Assembly: GCA_965203515.1 (NCBI GenBank)
Contig: OZ241907.1
Coordinates: 1,920,001 to 1,984,000 of the forward strand
DNA: 64,000 nt
Origin: Spirochaetia bacterium
GTDB lineage: Bacteria > Spirochaetota > Spirochaetia > SZUA-6 > Bin103
Reading direction: 5' to 3'
This document shows, piece after piece, positions 20,417 to 29,705 of this stretch; position 1 is the stretch's first letter; every line of letters starts with the position of its first letter. The notes under the pieces were generated by a model. That model was given only the letters and a program-made list of their open reading frames with translations. It did not search any database and was not told where the DNA came from. A program made the position numbers and the translations under genes.

Positions 20417-20580
20417 TTCACGTTTGGTACGTATGGGCAAGGGTCTATCTGTCATCACGGGCCGGCGCCTGATCCGCTAGCTGCACCAGAAGCTGCTTGC
20501 CGTCCAGGGTTTGGCGCGCCCAATACAGGTTCTGGTATTGATCGTAGCCGCTCTCTGCCAAGTTGGCCGTGCCGGTCGCG

Positions 20581-21060
20581 CGGGTACCGCCGGCCGGGGC
20601 CGAAAAGGTCACGGTAGGGGCGGAGGTGTAGCCGCTCCCGCCGTTGGTGACCCTCACCGACGCGACGCCGTAGCGCAGCACCGCGGTGCCGGCGGCGGTG
20701 GCGCCGCCACTCGGCGCGGCCGTGAAGGTCACGGTAGGGGCAGACGTGTAGCCGCTCCCGCCGTTCGTGACGTTCACCGACGCCACGCCGTAACGCAGCA
20801 CTGCGGTGCCGGCGGCGGTGGCGCCGCCGCTCGGCGCGGCCGCGAAGGTCACGGTGGGGGCGGAGGTGTAGCCGCTCCCGCCGTCCGTGACGTCCACTGA
20901 CGCGACGCCGTAGCGCAGCGCCGCGGTGCCGGTTGCGGTGGTGCCGCCGGCAGGCGCGGCCGCGAAGGTCACGGCAGGGGCGGAGGTGTAACCGCTCCCG
21001 CCGTTGGTGACCCTCACCGACGCGACGCCGCTCTGCAGCACCGCGGTGCCGGTTGCCGTA
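20581..21060 (-). repeat. 120-bp tandem repeat, 4 copies (40-aa unit VASVxVTNGGSGYTSAPTVTF…)
   Basis: Near-identical blocks start at 20641, 20761, 20881, 21001; more divergent units continue to ~21990. Confidence 0.9.
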
Positions 21061-22312
21061 ACACTACCACTCAGCTGGGCCGCCGAAAAACGTTACGGAA
21101 GGGGCTGACGTGTAGCCGCTCCCCGGGTTCGTGATCGTCACGGCATCTAACCTGCTTGATCGCAAGTTAGCGTTGGCGGCCGCGCCGCTGCCCCCTCCTC
21201 CCGAAAACGTGACGGAAGGGACAGACGTGTAGCCGCGCCCACCGTTCGTCACGGTTACGGAACTCACTTGACCGCCACTGATCGCCGCTGTAGCGGTTGC
21301 CTGGGTGCCACCGGTCGGCGGAGCGCCAATCGTCACGGTGGGGGCGGACGTGTAACCGCTCCCCCCGACGCTCACCAACACGGTATATACTTCAGATCGC
21401 CGCGTTGCGGTGCCGGTCGCCGTGGCGCCTCCGGACGGCGCCGCCCCGAACGTGACGGTTGGGTCAGAGGTATAACCGTTCCCGCGGTTCGTGAACGTCA
21501 CTGACGCGACGCCGCTTTGCCGTACCGCGGTAGCGACCGCGCCGCTGCCGCCTCCGCCCGAAAACGTGACGGCAGGGACCGCCGCGTAGCCGTTTCCTGC
21601 GGTCCCGACCGTCACGGAATCGACGTGCCGGGTCCCCACTGCGGTCCCGGTTGCCGTGGCGCCGCCGGGCGGCGCCGCCCCGAACGTTACGCCGGGAACC
21701 GCCGTGTAGCCGCTCCCGGCGGTCGTAATCGTCACGGAATCGACGTGCCGGGTCCCCACCGCGGCGCCGGTTGCCGCGGCGCCGGAGGGCGGGGCCGAAA
21801 AGGTCACGGTTGGAACCGAGGGGTAGCCGCTCCCTGCGGTCGTAATCGCCACGGAGTCGACGCTGCCGGACCTTACCGCGGTGCCGGTTGCGGTGGCGCC
21901 GCCGGACGGCGGCGCCGAAAAGGTCACGGTCGGGTCTGTCGTGTAGCCGCTCCCCGGGTTGGTGATCGTGACCGACTCAACCGTGTCGCCGGCGCCCGAC
22001 TGATCGGGGGCGGTGAGCACCAGCACCAGTTCTCCCGCCCGCACCTCGGCGGCAACCGTCCACTCCGCGCCGGAGAGATCGGGGGTGAAGACCGGGTTGG
22101 CTCGCGTGCTCGTGAACGGCAGCTCGCGCCCGCCGATCGAAACGCGCACGCCGCCGGCGGTGATCCGCTCCCAGGCATAGGGCGCGGAGCGGTTGGTCAA
22201 CAGGTGCGCGCGGTAGCTGTCACCAAAGTCGGCCGCGCTGATCGTCCAGCGCTGCTCGGCCGGCTGCGAGGTGGGCGGCTGCGAAGTCGGCGGCGGCTCG
22301 CTCGGTGGCTTA

Positions 22313-22325
22313 CCCCCCCCCCCCC
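22313..22325 (-). repeat. Poly-G13 homopolymer (C13 on + strand)
   Basis: 13 consecutive C counted at 22313-22325. Confidence 0.95.
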
Positions 22326-22499
22326 TTGGGCCGGGTCGGCGGGCGCGGCGGAGGGGCGCGCCGCGGGCGCGCACGCCATTAGCGCGGCGACTCCGGCGGC
22401 CAGCAACAGCGATACCAGCGATGCTCTACCCACGATTCCCCTCCGGTGGCGTGTCCGCCCGTCGATCACCCGCCGGCCGTCGTTGGCGATTGGCCGCGA

Positions 22500-22555
22500 G
22501 CCGGACCGCGCCATGATAGCACGCGCTCCCCCACGCTGACCACCTGCGTATTGCT
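22500..22555. repeat. Imperfect direct repeat, copy 1 (left of HNH gene); holds extended -10 TGCTATCAT of the lipoprotein gene on - strand
   Basis: GCCGGACCGCGCCATGATAGCACGCGCTCCCCCACGCTGACCACCTGCGTA matches 24052-24106. Confidence 0.8.
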
Positions 22556-22625
22556 GCGCTGCGTCCAGCCGCTTGGGAATGCGCCGCCGAGTCACGCCCG
22601 CAGGTGCCATCTTCCGGGCCGGATA

Positions 22626-22656
22626 ACTTGACTCAAGTAGTTTCCATGATTATACT
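22626..22656 (+). promoter_or_regulatory. Sigma70-type promoter of the HNH gene with operator-like palindrome
   Basis: TTGACT (22628-33), 17 bp, TATACT (22651-56), ATG 6 nt later; ACTTGA-C-TCAAGT palindrome over -35. Confidence 0.8.
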
Positions 22657-22662
22657 TATATC

Positions 22663-23991
22663 ATGTACAATCATGCTTCCGACGGGGCCGTCACCACTAC
22701 CGTATCCGCCCTCTCAGACGACCGCTTGCTGGAGCAAACCAAGGAACTTTCCGGCATCGAACACCATCTCGAAGTGGTCGTGATCGACCACCTGCGCGAG
22801 ATTCAGAAGCGTCGCCTGTATCTGCGCCGCGGGTTCTCGAGCCTGTTCGACTACGCGGTGCGCGAGCTGGGTTACAGCGACGCCGCGGCGTGGCGGCGCA
22901 TCAAGGCGATGCGGCTCTGCGCGGAGGTCGACGGCGTGCGCGAGCGCCTGCAGGATGGCTCGATGACGCTGAACGCGGCCGCGCAGTTGCAGAACGCCTT
23001 CGACCGGCAGGAGCGCAAGAAGGAACGGGCGGCGCGTAGCGCGCCGCGCGGGGCCGGGTTCGGGGCTGGCGCTCAGTCGCAGGCCGGCTCAGCGCCGCCG
23101 CGGCCGGCGGAGCGGAAGCCGGCGCCGGTGCTGGACTCGGAGGCGCGGCGGGAGCTGGTGGAGCAGGCGTCCGGCAAGAGCAGCCGGGAGGTGATGCAGT
23201 TGCTGGCCGAGGTGGACCCGGAGCTGGCGGCGCCGGCGGAGCGGGTACGGTCCCTGGGCGGCGGGTGCTGGGAACTCAAGGCGGTGATCGACGATGAGTG
23301 CCGGCGGGGCTTGGAGCGGCTCCAGGGCCTCCTGTCCCACGTCGATCCGCATATGACGTTGGGGCAGCTCATGGCGCGGCTGGTGCGGGAAGGGCTCGAC
23401 CGCCACGATCCGGCCCGGCCGCCGCGCGGGCGGCGCGCCGCGCCGGCCAAAGGAGCCGAGCAAACTTCGGCGGCGAAGACGCAGGCGACCTCGGCTCGCG
23501 GCGCAGACAGCGCCGCTCCTTCGGCGGCGAAGGTATCGGCTCAGGCGCCGGCGGAGCCGGGAGAGGAAGCCGCTGACCGCCCGGACACTTCGGCAGCGAA
23601 GCCGGCGACCGACGCCACTTCGGCGCCGAAGACGCGGCGCCTCGGCCGGCAGGCTGCGACGGCGGGCGTGGCGCGGGCTGCGCCGCCAGCGCGGACCGAG
23701 ACTTCGGCAGCGAAGGCCGGCGGCGTGACCGGCCGCGCCATCCCGGCGGCAGTCAAGCGCGAGGTCTGGCGGCGCGACCGGGGCCGCTGTCGCTACGTGG
23801 ACCGCACCAGCGGGCGCCGCTGCGGCTCCCAACACCTGCTGCAGATCGATCACGTCGTGCCGTATGCCTGCGGCGGCGCCGCCGAGCCGAACAATCTCCG
23901 GCTGCTGTGCGCCGCCCATCACCGCTACCGCCACGCCGGCGCCGGATTCGGCCGCCCCGGCGAGGATCGTGAGGCGCCCGTAGACCGGTGA
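22663..23991 (+). CDS. HNH endonuclease with DUF222-like helical N-terminal region
   Basis: C-terminal IPAAVKREVWRRDRGRC…C…QIDHVVP…GG…NLRLLCAAHH; N-terminal HLREI..RRLY…SSLFDY. Confidence 0.88.
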   Translation: MYNHASDGAVTTTVSALSDDRLLEQTKELSGIEHHLEVVVIDHLREIQKRRLYLRRGFSSLFDYAVRELGYSDAAAWRRIKAMRLCAEVDGVRERLQDGSMTLNAAAQLQNAFDRQERKKERAARSAPRGAGFGAGAQSQAGSAPPRPAERKPAPVLDSEARRELVEQASGKSSREVMQLLAEVDPELAAPAERVRSLGGGCWELKAVIDDECRRGLERLQGLLSHVDPHMTLGQLMARLVREGLDRHDPARPPRGRRAAPAKGAEQTSAAKTQATSARGADSAAPSAAKVSAQAPAEPGEEAADRPDTSAAKPATDATSAPKTRRLGRQAATAGVARAAPPARTETSAAKAGGVTGRAIPAAVKREVWRRDRGRCRYVDRTSGRRCGSQHLLQIDHVVPYACGGAAEPNNLRLLCAAHHRYRHAGAGFGRPGEDREAPVDR

Positions 23992-24051
23992 TCATAGGGC
24001 TTGGCCGTCAAGCGGCCTGACGCTTACCTACATTTTTGGAAATGCGCCCGC

Positions 24052-24106
24052 GCCGGACCGCGGCATGGTGGCACGCGCTCCCCACGCTGACCACTGCGTA
24101 AATTGC
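24052..24106. repeat. Imperfect direct repeat, copy 2 (right of HNH gene)
   Basis: GCCGGACCGCGGCATGGTGGCACGCGCTCCCCACGCTGACCACTGCGTA. Confidence 0.8.
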
Positions 24107-24158
24107 CGCCTCGGTTGCCTCGCCGGGCCGTCGATGAACATCTGTCATGATGCTACCC

Positions 24159-24431
24159 ATGCGAACGACGTTGACCCTGGAAGATGATCTGGCCGCTGCG
24201 CTCAAGGAGAGGGCCGGCAGGTTTGGTCTCTCCTTCAAGCAAGTGGTGAACCAGACGATTCGGCAAGGGCTGGGGCAGCCATCCGCAGGACCCGGCGATC
24301 CGCCGAAAACCCGGCCGCATCGCTTTGGCTTCCGGCCGGGAGTCGACCTCGACAAGCTCAACCATCTGGTCGATGAGTTGGAGGCGGACGCGTTCGCCGC
24401 GCGCCATAACCAGGAGACCGGACTCGTTTGA
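24159..24431 (+). CDS. VapB-type ribbon-helix-helix antitoxin
   Basis: MRTTLTLEDDLAAALKERA…SFKQVVNQTIRQGL; stop overlaps TTG of a PIN-domain relic. Confidence 0.8.
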   Translation: MRTTLTLEDDLAAALKERAGRFGLSFKQVVNQTIRQGLGQPSAGPGDPPKTRPHRFGFRPGVDLDKLNHLVDELEADAFAARHNQETGLV

Positions 24432-24565
24432 TACTCCTGGACGTCAACCTGCTCGTCCCATGCCCACAACGCCGACTCGCCGGTTCACGGTGGCGCAATC
24501 CGCTGGGCGGCTGACGGGTCGGCCGGGTCGGCCAGGTTGTTGACGCTCGTTTCGTCAGTTGAACT
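24428..24565 (+). pseudogene. VapC (PIN) toxin remnant
   Basis: MILLDVNLLV, then +1 frameshift to HAHNADSPVH…RW, typical PIN N-terminus; rest missing; end approximate. Confidence 0.7.
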
Positions 24566-24571
24566 GATATA

Positions 24572-25738
24572 TTGCGTCCCATTGTGTCAGAAGTACTGAG
24601 ATTCTTCGACCATCCGGCCGGCAGCTACTTCCTGTTCGGCCCGCGCGGCACCGGCAAGTCGACGTGGCTGCGCGCGGCGTACCCGGATGCGGCCTGGATC
24701 GACCTCCTGGACGCGGAAGCCGAGCGCAACTACTCCGCCCGGCCGGAACGGCTGCGGGAGTTCGTGCGGGCCAACGCCGGGCGGGGGACCATCGTCATCG
24801 ACGAGGTCCAGCGCGTCCCGCAGCTCCTCCCGGTGGTGCACCAGCAGATGGAGCTCGACCGGTCGCTCCGCTTCGTCATGACCGGCTCCAGTGCCCGGAA
24901 GCTGCGGCGCGAAGGGGTCGATCTGCTGGCGGGCCGGGCGGTGCGGTGCACGATGCACCCCTTCATGGCCGCCGAATTAGGTGCGCGGTTCGACCTGGAC
25001 CGGAGCCTGGCGCTCGGCATGGTGCCGCTGGTGGTCACCGCGGCCGCGCCGGAGCGCACCCTGCGCGGGTACATCGACCTGTACCTGCAACAGGAGGTGA
25101 AGGCGGAAGGGCTGGTCCGGCGGCTCGACGACTTCAGCCGCTTCCTGGAGACGGCGTCGTTCTCGCACGGGCAGGTGCTCAACGTCGCCGCGGTGGCGCG
25201 CGAGTGCGTGGCCAGCCGCAATACGGTGGAGTCCTATCTCGGCATCCTGGAGGACCTGCTCATCGCCGTCCGGCTGCCGGTGTTCCGGCGCCGCGCCAAG
25301 CGCTCGCTGGCCGCGCATGCCAAGTTCTACTTCTTCGACTGCGGCATATTCCGCTCGTTGCGCCCCGCCGGGCCGCTCGATACGCGCACCGAGATGGCCG
25401 GGCCGGCGCTCGAAGGACTGGTCCTGCAGCACCTGCAGGCCTGGGTCGGCTACGGCAACGCCGATTGCCGCATCTACTTCTGGCGCACGCGGGGCGGCTC
25501 GGAGGTCGACTTCGTGCTCTACGGCGAGGCCGGGTTCCATGCCATCGAGGTGAAGAACAGCCGTTCGCTGCGGCCGCACGATCTGCGGGGGATCAGGACG
25601 TTCCATGCCGACTACCCGGAAGCGGCGCCGCTCCTGCTGTACCGGGGAGACGAGGCGCTGGAACGGGACGGCATCCGCTGCCTGCCGGTGGACCGATTCC
25701 TGACCGAGCTCACCCCGGGTCGGGAACTGCCGCGCTGA
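24572..25738 (+). CDS. AAA+ ATPase with DUF4143 (COG1373 type)
   Basis: GPRGTGKS, IDEVQR, TGSSARKL, LAGRA, KFYFFDCG, FWRT..GSEVDF, AIEVK. Confidence 0.9.
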   Translation: MRPIVSEVLRFFDHPAGSYFLFGPRGTGKSTWLRAAYPDAAWIDLLDAEAERNYSARPERLREFVRANAGRGTIVIDEVQRVPQLLPVVHQQMELDRSLRFVMTGSSARKLRREGVDLLAGRAVRCTMHPFMAAELGARFDLDRSLALGMVPLVVTAAAPERTLRGYIDLYLQQEVKAEGLVRRLDDFSRFLETASFSHGQVLNVAAVARECVASRNTVESYLGILEDLLIAVRLPVFRRRAKRSLAAHAKFYFFDCGIFRSLRPAGPLDTRTEMAGPALEGLVLQHLQAWVGYGNADCRIYFWRTRGGSEVDFVLYGEAGFHAIEVKNSRSLRPHDLRGIRTFHADYPEAAPLLLYRGDEALERDGIRCLPVDRFLTELTPGRELPR

Positions 25739-25913
25739 GAGGGCCGCCCTGCCGGAGCGCAGACGCGCCTGGGCGTAGCGCTGGCCGCCGGCGGGAAGCG
25801 CACGGCCCCCACTCCGGGAGCGCCGGGCGCGGTGGTAGTCTAGCCCATTGAGCTCGCCCATCGTCTCAGCAGTGCTGAATCGCCCCGCGCGCGGACCGCA
25901 GGCGGTCGTCGGC

Positions 25914-25942
25914 TTGCACGGAAGCGTCCGCAGTCGTACAAT
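25914..25942 (+). promoter_or_regulatory. Putative sigma70 promoter of the three-gene operon
   Basis: TTGCAC (25914-19), 17 bp, TACAAT (25937-42). Confidence 0.6.
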
Positions 25943-25955
25943 CGACACGTTGGCG

Positions 25956-26606
25956 ATGAAGCATGAGATTGAACTCCAGCAGCACTCCATCGTAGCCGTA
26001 GGCAATCTCAACCCCGCGATCTTTCAGCCGGCTTGGTTCGCCTCCGAAGGTCTCATCAGTCACCGCGAAGCTCAGGCGGCGGTGGAGGCGGGCGGCATGA
26101 TCAGCGCTCAGGACACTCTTTTCCAGGTGGACTGGCTACAGGTACGGGTCGTGCCGGATCGTTTTGTCGTTGCGACCCAGAACGAAGCGTATTATCGACA
26201 TCTGCACGACCTCGTTGCCGCCACATTCTCGAAACTGATTCATACTCCTGTCTTCTCCCTCGGGATCAACTACAGTTGCCATTATCCTCTCGACGACGCA
26301 CTGTGGCGCGACATCAGCGAAGACCTTGCGCCGACCGACCCGTGGTCGAACTTGTTGCACGCGCCACGCATGCGTAGCCTGACGATGCAGGGCGCACGAC
26401 CGTCGGGCCCCAAGGGATACGTGCAAATTACAGTAGAACCGTCGTTACGGGTCGAGAACGGCATGTACGTCGACATAAACAATCATTATGACCTGACCGA
26501 GGAAGCTCATGGATGTCGAGCGATGCTCCGCGTCTTAGACTCGAAATGGAACGGTACTTTCCAGGAGTATAAGACTGTAATCGACAGGATATATCAGGAT
26601 GTCTGA
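25956..26606 (+). CDS. Hypothetical protein (SIVxxGxxNPxIFxPxWF N-terminal motif), gene 1 of lower-GC operon
   Basis: 216-aa ORF with globular composition, lower GC than flanks, overlaps next start. Confidence 0.75.
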   Translation: MKHEIELQQHSIVAVGNLNPAIFQPAWFASEGLISHREAQAAVEAGGMISAQDTLFQVDWLQVRVVPDRFVVATQNEAYYRHLHDLVAATFSKLIHTPVFSLGINYSCHYPLDDALWRDISEDLAPTDPWSNLLHAPRMRSLTMQGARPSGPKGYVQITVEPSLRVENGMYVDINNHYDLTEEAHGCRAMLRVLDSKWNGTFQEYKTVIDRIYQDV

Positions 26607-27147
26607 ACACAACAGCGAGGCCCTGGCTACCTCGATATTTCAATATCGTGAACCAAGCAAGGGGCCTCCACCGCCCCGCATCTACGAACCTCCGCCAAGA
26701 ATCGACGAAGTCTTCAATGCTCAGGATGTCAATTCGTCGAAAGGAGATCAGCAGGCGGGTCATGTAGTTCACCGTTCATATGTGCATCCTGACAACATTC
26801 CGTTTCCGCAGCCGCGCAGCAACTTTCATACGCTCCAGGCCTGGGAAGGAGTCGTCACCGCCGTGGATGGAGAATCGTTCTCGGTCAAGCTCGTGGACCT
26901 GTCTGATGATGAACCGGATGAAGAAGCCGAAATCGACTTCGAGGAAGTGAGCGCCGATGAACGAGAACTCATAGCGGTCGGAGCCGTCTTTCTACTACAT
27001 GTCGGCTACGCGACCAGTGAGGGGGGGCAACGCAGCCGGACTTCGATTCTGCGGTTTCGACGCCTCCCGGTCTGGACCGAAACGGAGTTGGCAAGCGCCA
27101 GGAGCACTGCTCAGGAACAGGCCGAAACGATACGTTGGACGACGTAA
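26599..27147 (+). CDS. Hypothetical protein (LQxWEGxV…GAVF…GY…RFRRLP), gene 2 of operon
   Basis: 182 aa; Pro-rich N-half, acidic beta-rich C-half; overlaps both neighbours. Confidence 0.75.
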   Translation: MSEHNSEALATSIFQYREPSKGPPPPRIYEPPPRIDEVFNAQDVNSSKGDQQAGHVVHRSYVHPDNIPFPQPRSNFHTLQAWEGVVTAVDGESFSVKLVDLSDDEPDEEAEIDFEEVSADERELIAVGAVFLLHVGYATSEGGQRSRTSILRFRRLPVWTETELASARSTAQEQAETIRWTT

Positions 27148-27898
27148 CTCCGCCTGCTCCGAACGAGTTGGAGCTTACCCTCTTGGGACCGGGCTATGGG
27201 GAATGTTCCGTCATTCACCTTGGGCAAGGCGATTGGATCATTGTGGATTCCTGCGTAGATGATGAGGGCAATCCTGCAGCGCTTGGTTACCTGAACCAGA
27301 TCGGCGTCGATGCCGAAGCTGCCGTTCGCCTGATCATCGTTACCCACTGGCATGACGATCACGTCCGCGGAGTTGCACGAGTTGTCCGCGACTGTCCGCG
27401 CGCTGAGTTTGCGTGCCCGGCCGCATTTCGTACGAAGGAGTTCTTGACACTCGTCGCCGCGTATGCGGACGGCGCCATGATGCGTGAGACCGGTATTCAA
27501 GAGATGTCCGAGACCCTTGCGATCCTGCAGGACAGGAAAATGACGGTGCGATTGGCGTCCGAGAACAAACTGCTGCTACGAGATAGCGCTTGCGAGCTGT
27601 GGGCGCTGTCGCCGTCGGACGCATCGATCGCTTTGGCAATGCTACACCTTCATGCGCCTCGCCCCATGCAGGCGAAGACTGCCTTGCCGGCACCGATGCC
27701 GAATCACCTATCCGTCGCACTACTTGCCAAACTCGGAGACACCGCAATCCTGCTTGGCGGCGACGTCCTTCGCTTCGGCGACCGCGACCGAGGATGGTCG
27801 CGGATAGCGGACCTGTACACGAAGTATGGCCATCCGGTAGCGGACCTGGTGAAGATTCCGCATCATGGCTCTGCCGGAGCAGATTGCGACGAAATGTG

Positions 27899-29356
27899 TG
27901 AGGTGGTCCTGGTTGGTTGGACAGGTTGAGGGGCAGAATAAGGTGTACTCGGGTGGTTGCGCTACCCCTCGGTCGCTTCGCTTGCGAATGCGGCGGTAAG
28001 GCCGGGGTGCCGGGCGACCGGTCCGATCCTGTGGGATGGCGGTCGCCACTTCACACCCGCTCGTCTCGTAGACCGGCGTCAGCGCGGTCATCCGCCTCCT
28101 GTCCTGAATCAGCGGCCCTCCTCCTGTCTGGTGATTTCGTCGGTCCATCGCTACGCCGCCTGCTCGCTGGCCGCCGGCGTGCCGTCGTAGTACTGCGCCG
28201 GCGTGCGCCCGCCGAGCGCCGAGTGCGGCCGCTGCTCGTTGTAGAACGCCATCCACTGCCCGATCACCCGCCGCGCCGCCCTGCCGTCGGCCAACTCGTG
28301 CAGGTAGACCGCCTCGTACTTCAACGACCGCCACAGCCGCTCGATGAACACGTTGTCCATGCATCGGCGGCGGCCATCCATCGAGCACCGGATGCCGGCC
28401 GCCCGCAGCCGCTCGGTGAACGCCCGGCTCGTGAACTGCCTGCCCTGATCGGTGTTGAAGACCTGCGGCCGTCCGTACCGCCGCAGCGCCTCGTCGAGCG
28501 CCGCGAGGCAGAACGCGGTGTCCAGCGTGTTGCTCAGCCGCCACGCCAGCACCCGCCGACTCGCCCAGTCCATGACCGCCACCAGGTACAGATATCCTTC
28601 CTGCACCGGAATGTAGGTGATGTCGGCGCACCACACGTGGTTCGCCCGCTCGATGCTCAGGCCGCGCAGCAGATACGGGTACACGCAGTGTTCGGGATGC
28701 GCCGTGCTGGTGCGCGGCTTGCGGTAGATCGCCTCCAGGCCGAGCAGATGCATCAGCCGGCGGACCCGGTGGCGGCCGACCGTCACTTCCTCCTGTTCAA
28801 GATGGCGCGCCATCTGGCGGCTGCCGTAGAACGGGTAGCACAGGTACAACTGGTCGATGCGGCGCATCAGCGCCAAGGTCTCGGCGCTGTGGCCCTGCGG
28901 CGCGTAGTACAGCGTCGAGCGACTCATCGCCAGCAGCCGGCACTGCCGGCTGACGCTCAGGTGTTGGTGGGCTCGATCGACCATCGTGCGCCGTTGGTCG
29001 CGGCTCAACGAGCGAGCCCGCGCGCTAAAAAATCGCGCTCCACGGTCAACTCGCCGATCTTGGCGTGCAGGTCGTGGATGATCGCTTCGTGATCGTCCTG
29101 CCGGCGCTTGGCGCCGGTGGCGAACAGGTCGTGCAAGCCGTCGACGGCCTGCCGCTTCCAGTCGCTGACTTGGTTGGGATGCACCGCGTGATCGGCGGCG
29201 ATCGCCTGAATCGTGCGGTCGCCGCTGAGCGCTTCGAGCGCCACGCGCGCTTTGAACTCGGCGGTGAATCGCCGCCGTTTCCTGGCCATCTGGTCGGCCC
29301 TCCTCAAGGCCTGGAGTACACCTTAGCAACCTGTCCAGTTTTCTAGGACCACCTCA
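27899..29356 (-). mobile_element. IS3-family insertion sequence, 1458 bp, 3-bp target duplication GTG
   Basis: TG…CA ends; IRs TGAGGTGGTCCT-N7-TGGACAGGTTG at both ends; GTG at 27896-98 and 29357-59. Confidence 0.95.
28151..29289 (-). CDS. IS3 transposase OrfA (29005-29289) / OrfB (DDE), joined by probable -1 frameshift
   Basis: OrfA RRRFTAEFKARVALEA HTH; OrfB WCADITY, NTDQGRQF, DNVFIERLWRSLKYE; slippery T TTT TTA near 29026-29032. Confidence 0.93.
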
Positions 29357-29705
29357 GTGGGATCGGCTTTTGCGGGATCGACCGGTCGCCGCTTTGACCG
29401 CGTTCCGTCGAGGCGCCGTGGCGCTGCCCACTGCGGCGGACGTCACACGCATTTGCGAGAAATGTGCCGACGTATACCTCACGTCACAGCCCCGTCCGCG
29501 GAGGCCAAAAAAGCGCGATTCCGCCGTGGAAAAGAGCGTCGCCGATCTGCTTCGAAATCGACGACTTCGGTCACTGGAGCTTGGTCGAGTGACGCTGCGC
29601 TCCACCTCGAACCAGGGTATGCACTGGACTGCCCAACTTGCAGGACCCGCATGCCGTATGTGTCCAGGCTCTGTATGAATACCGTTCGGGTCACCGCACG
29701 AGGAC

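Larger units (their letters stand above)
20445..22433 (-). pseudogene. Surface lipoprotein with 12 GSGY(T)-type repeats; frameshifted twice in homopolymers (G13 at 22313-22325, T5 at 21086-21090)
   Basis: GGAGG RBS, GTG 22433, signal MGRASLVSLLLAAGVAALMA-C; G14 plus T4 restores one 662-aa ORF. Confidence 0.8.
27135..29678 (+). pseudogene. ComEC/Rec2-like MBL-fold metallo-hydrolase interrupted by IS3 (parts 27135-27898 and 29360-29678)
   Basis: G.GE, IVDSC, THWHDDH, KIPHHGS motifs; removing IS and one GTG gives …DEMWDRLLRDRP… and a 360-aa ORF. Confidence 0.88.

Noticed and set aside
23465..23715. Palindromic repeats with unique spacers as a CRISPR array
   Set aside because: Repeats only 14 bp, spacers 16-70 nt and irregular, all in frame inside a CDS, no cas genes in window.
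20445..23991. Prophage remnant (tail-like repeats plus HNH)
   Set aside because: No terminase, capsid, portal or integrase; the repeat protein has a bacterial lipoprotein signal.
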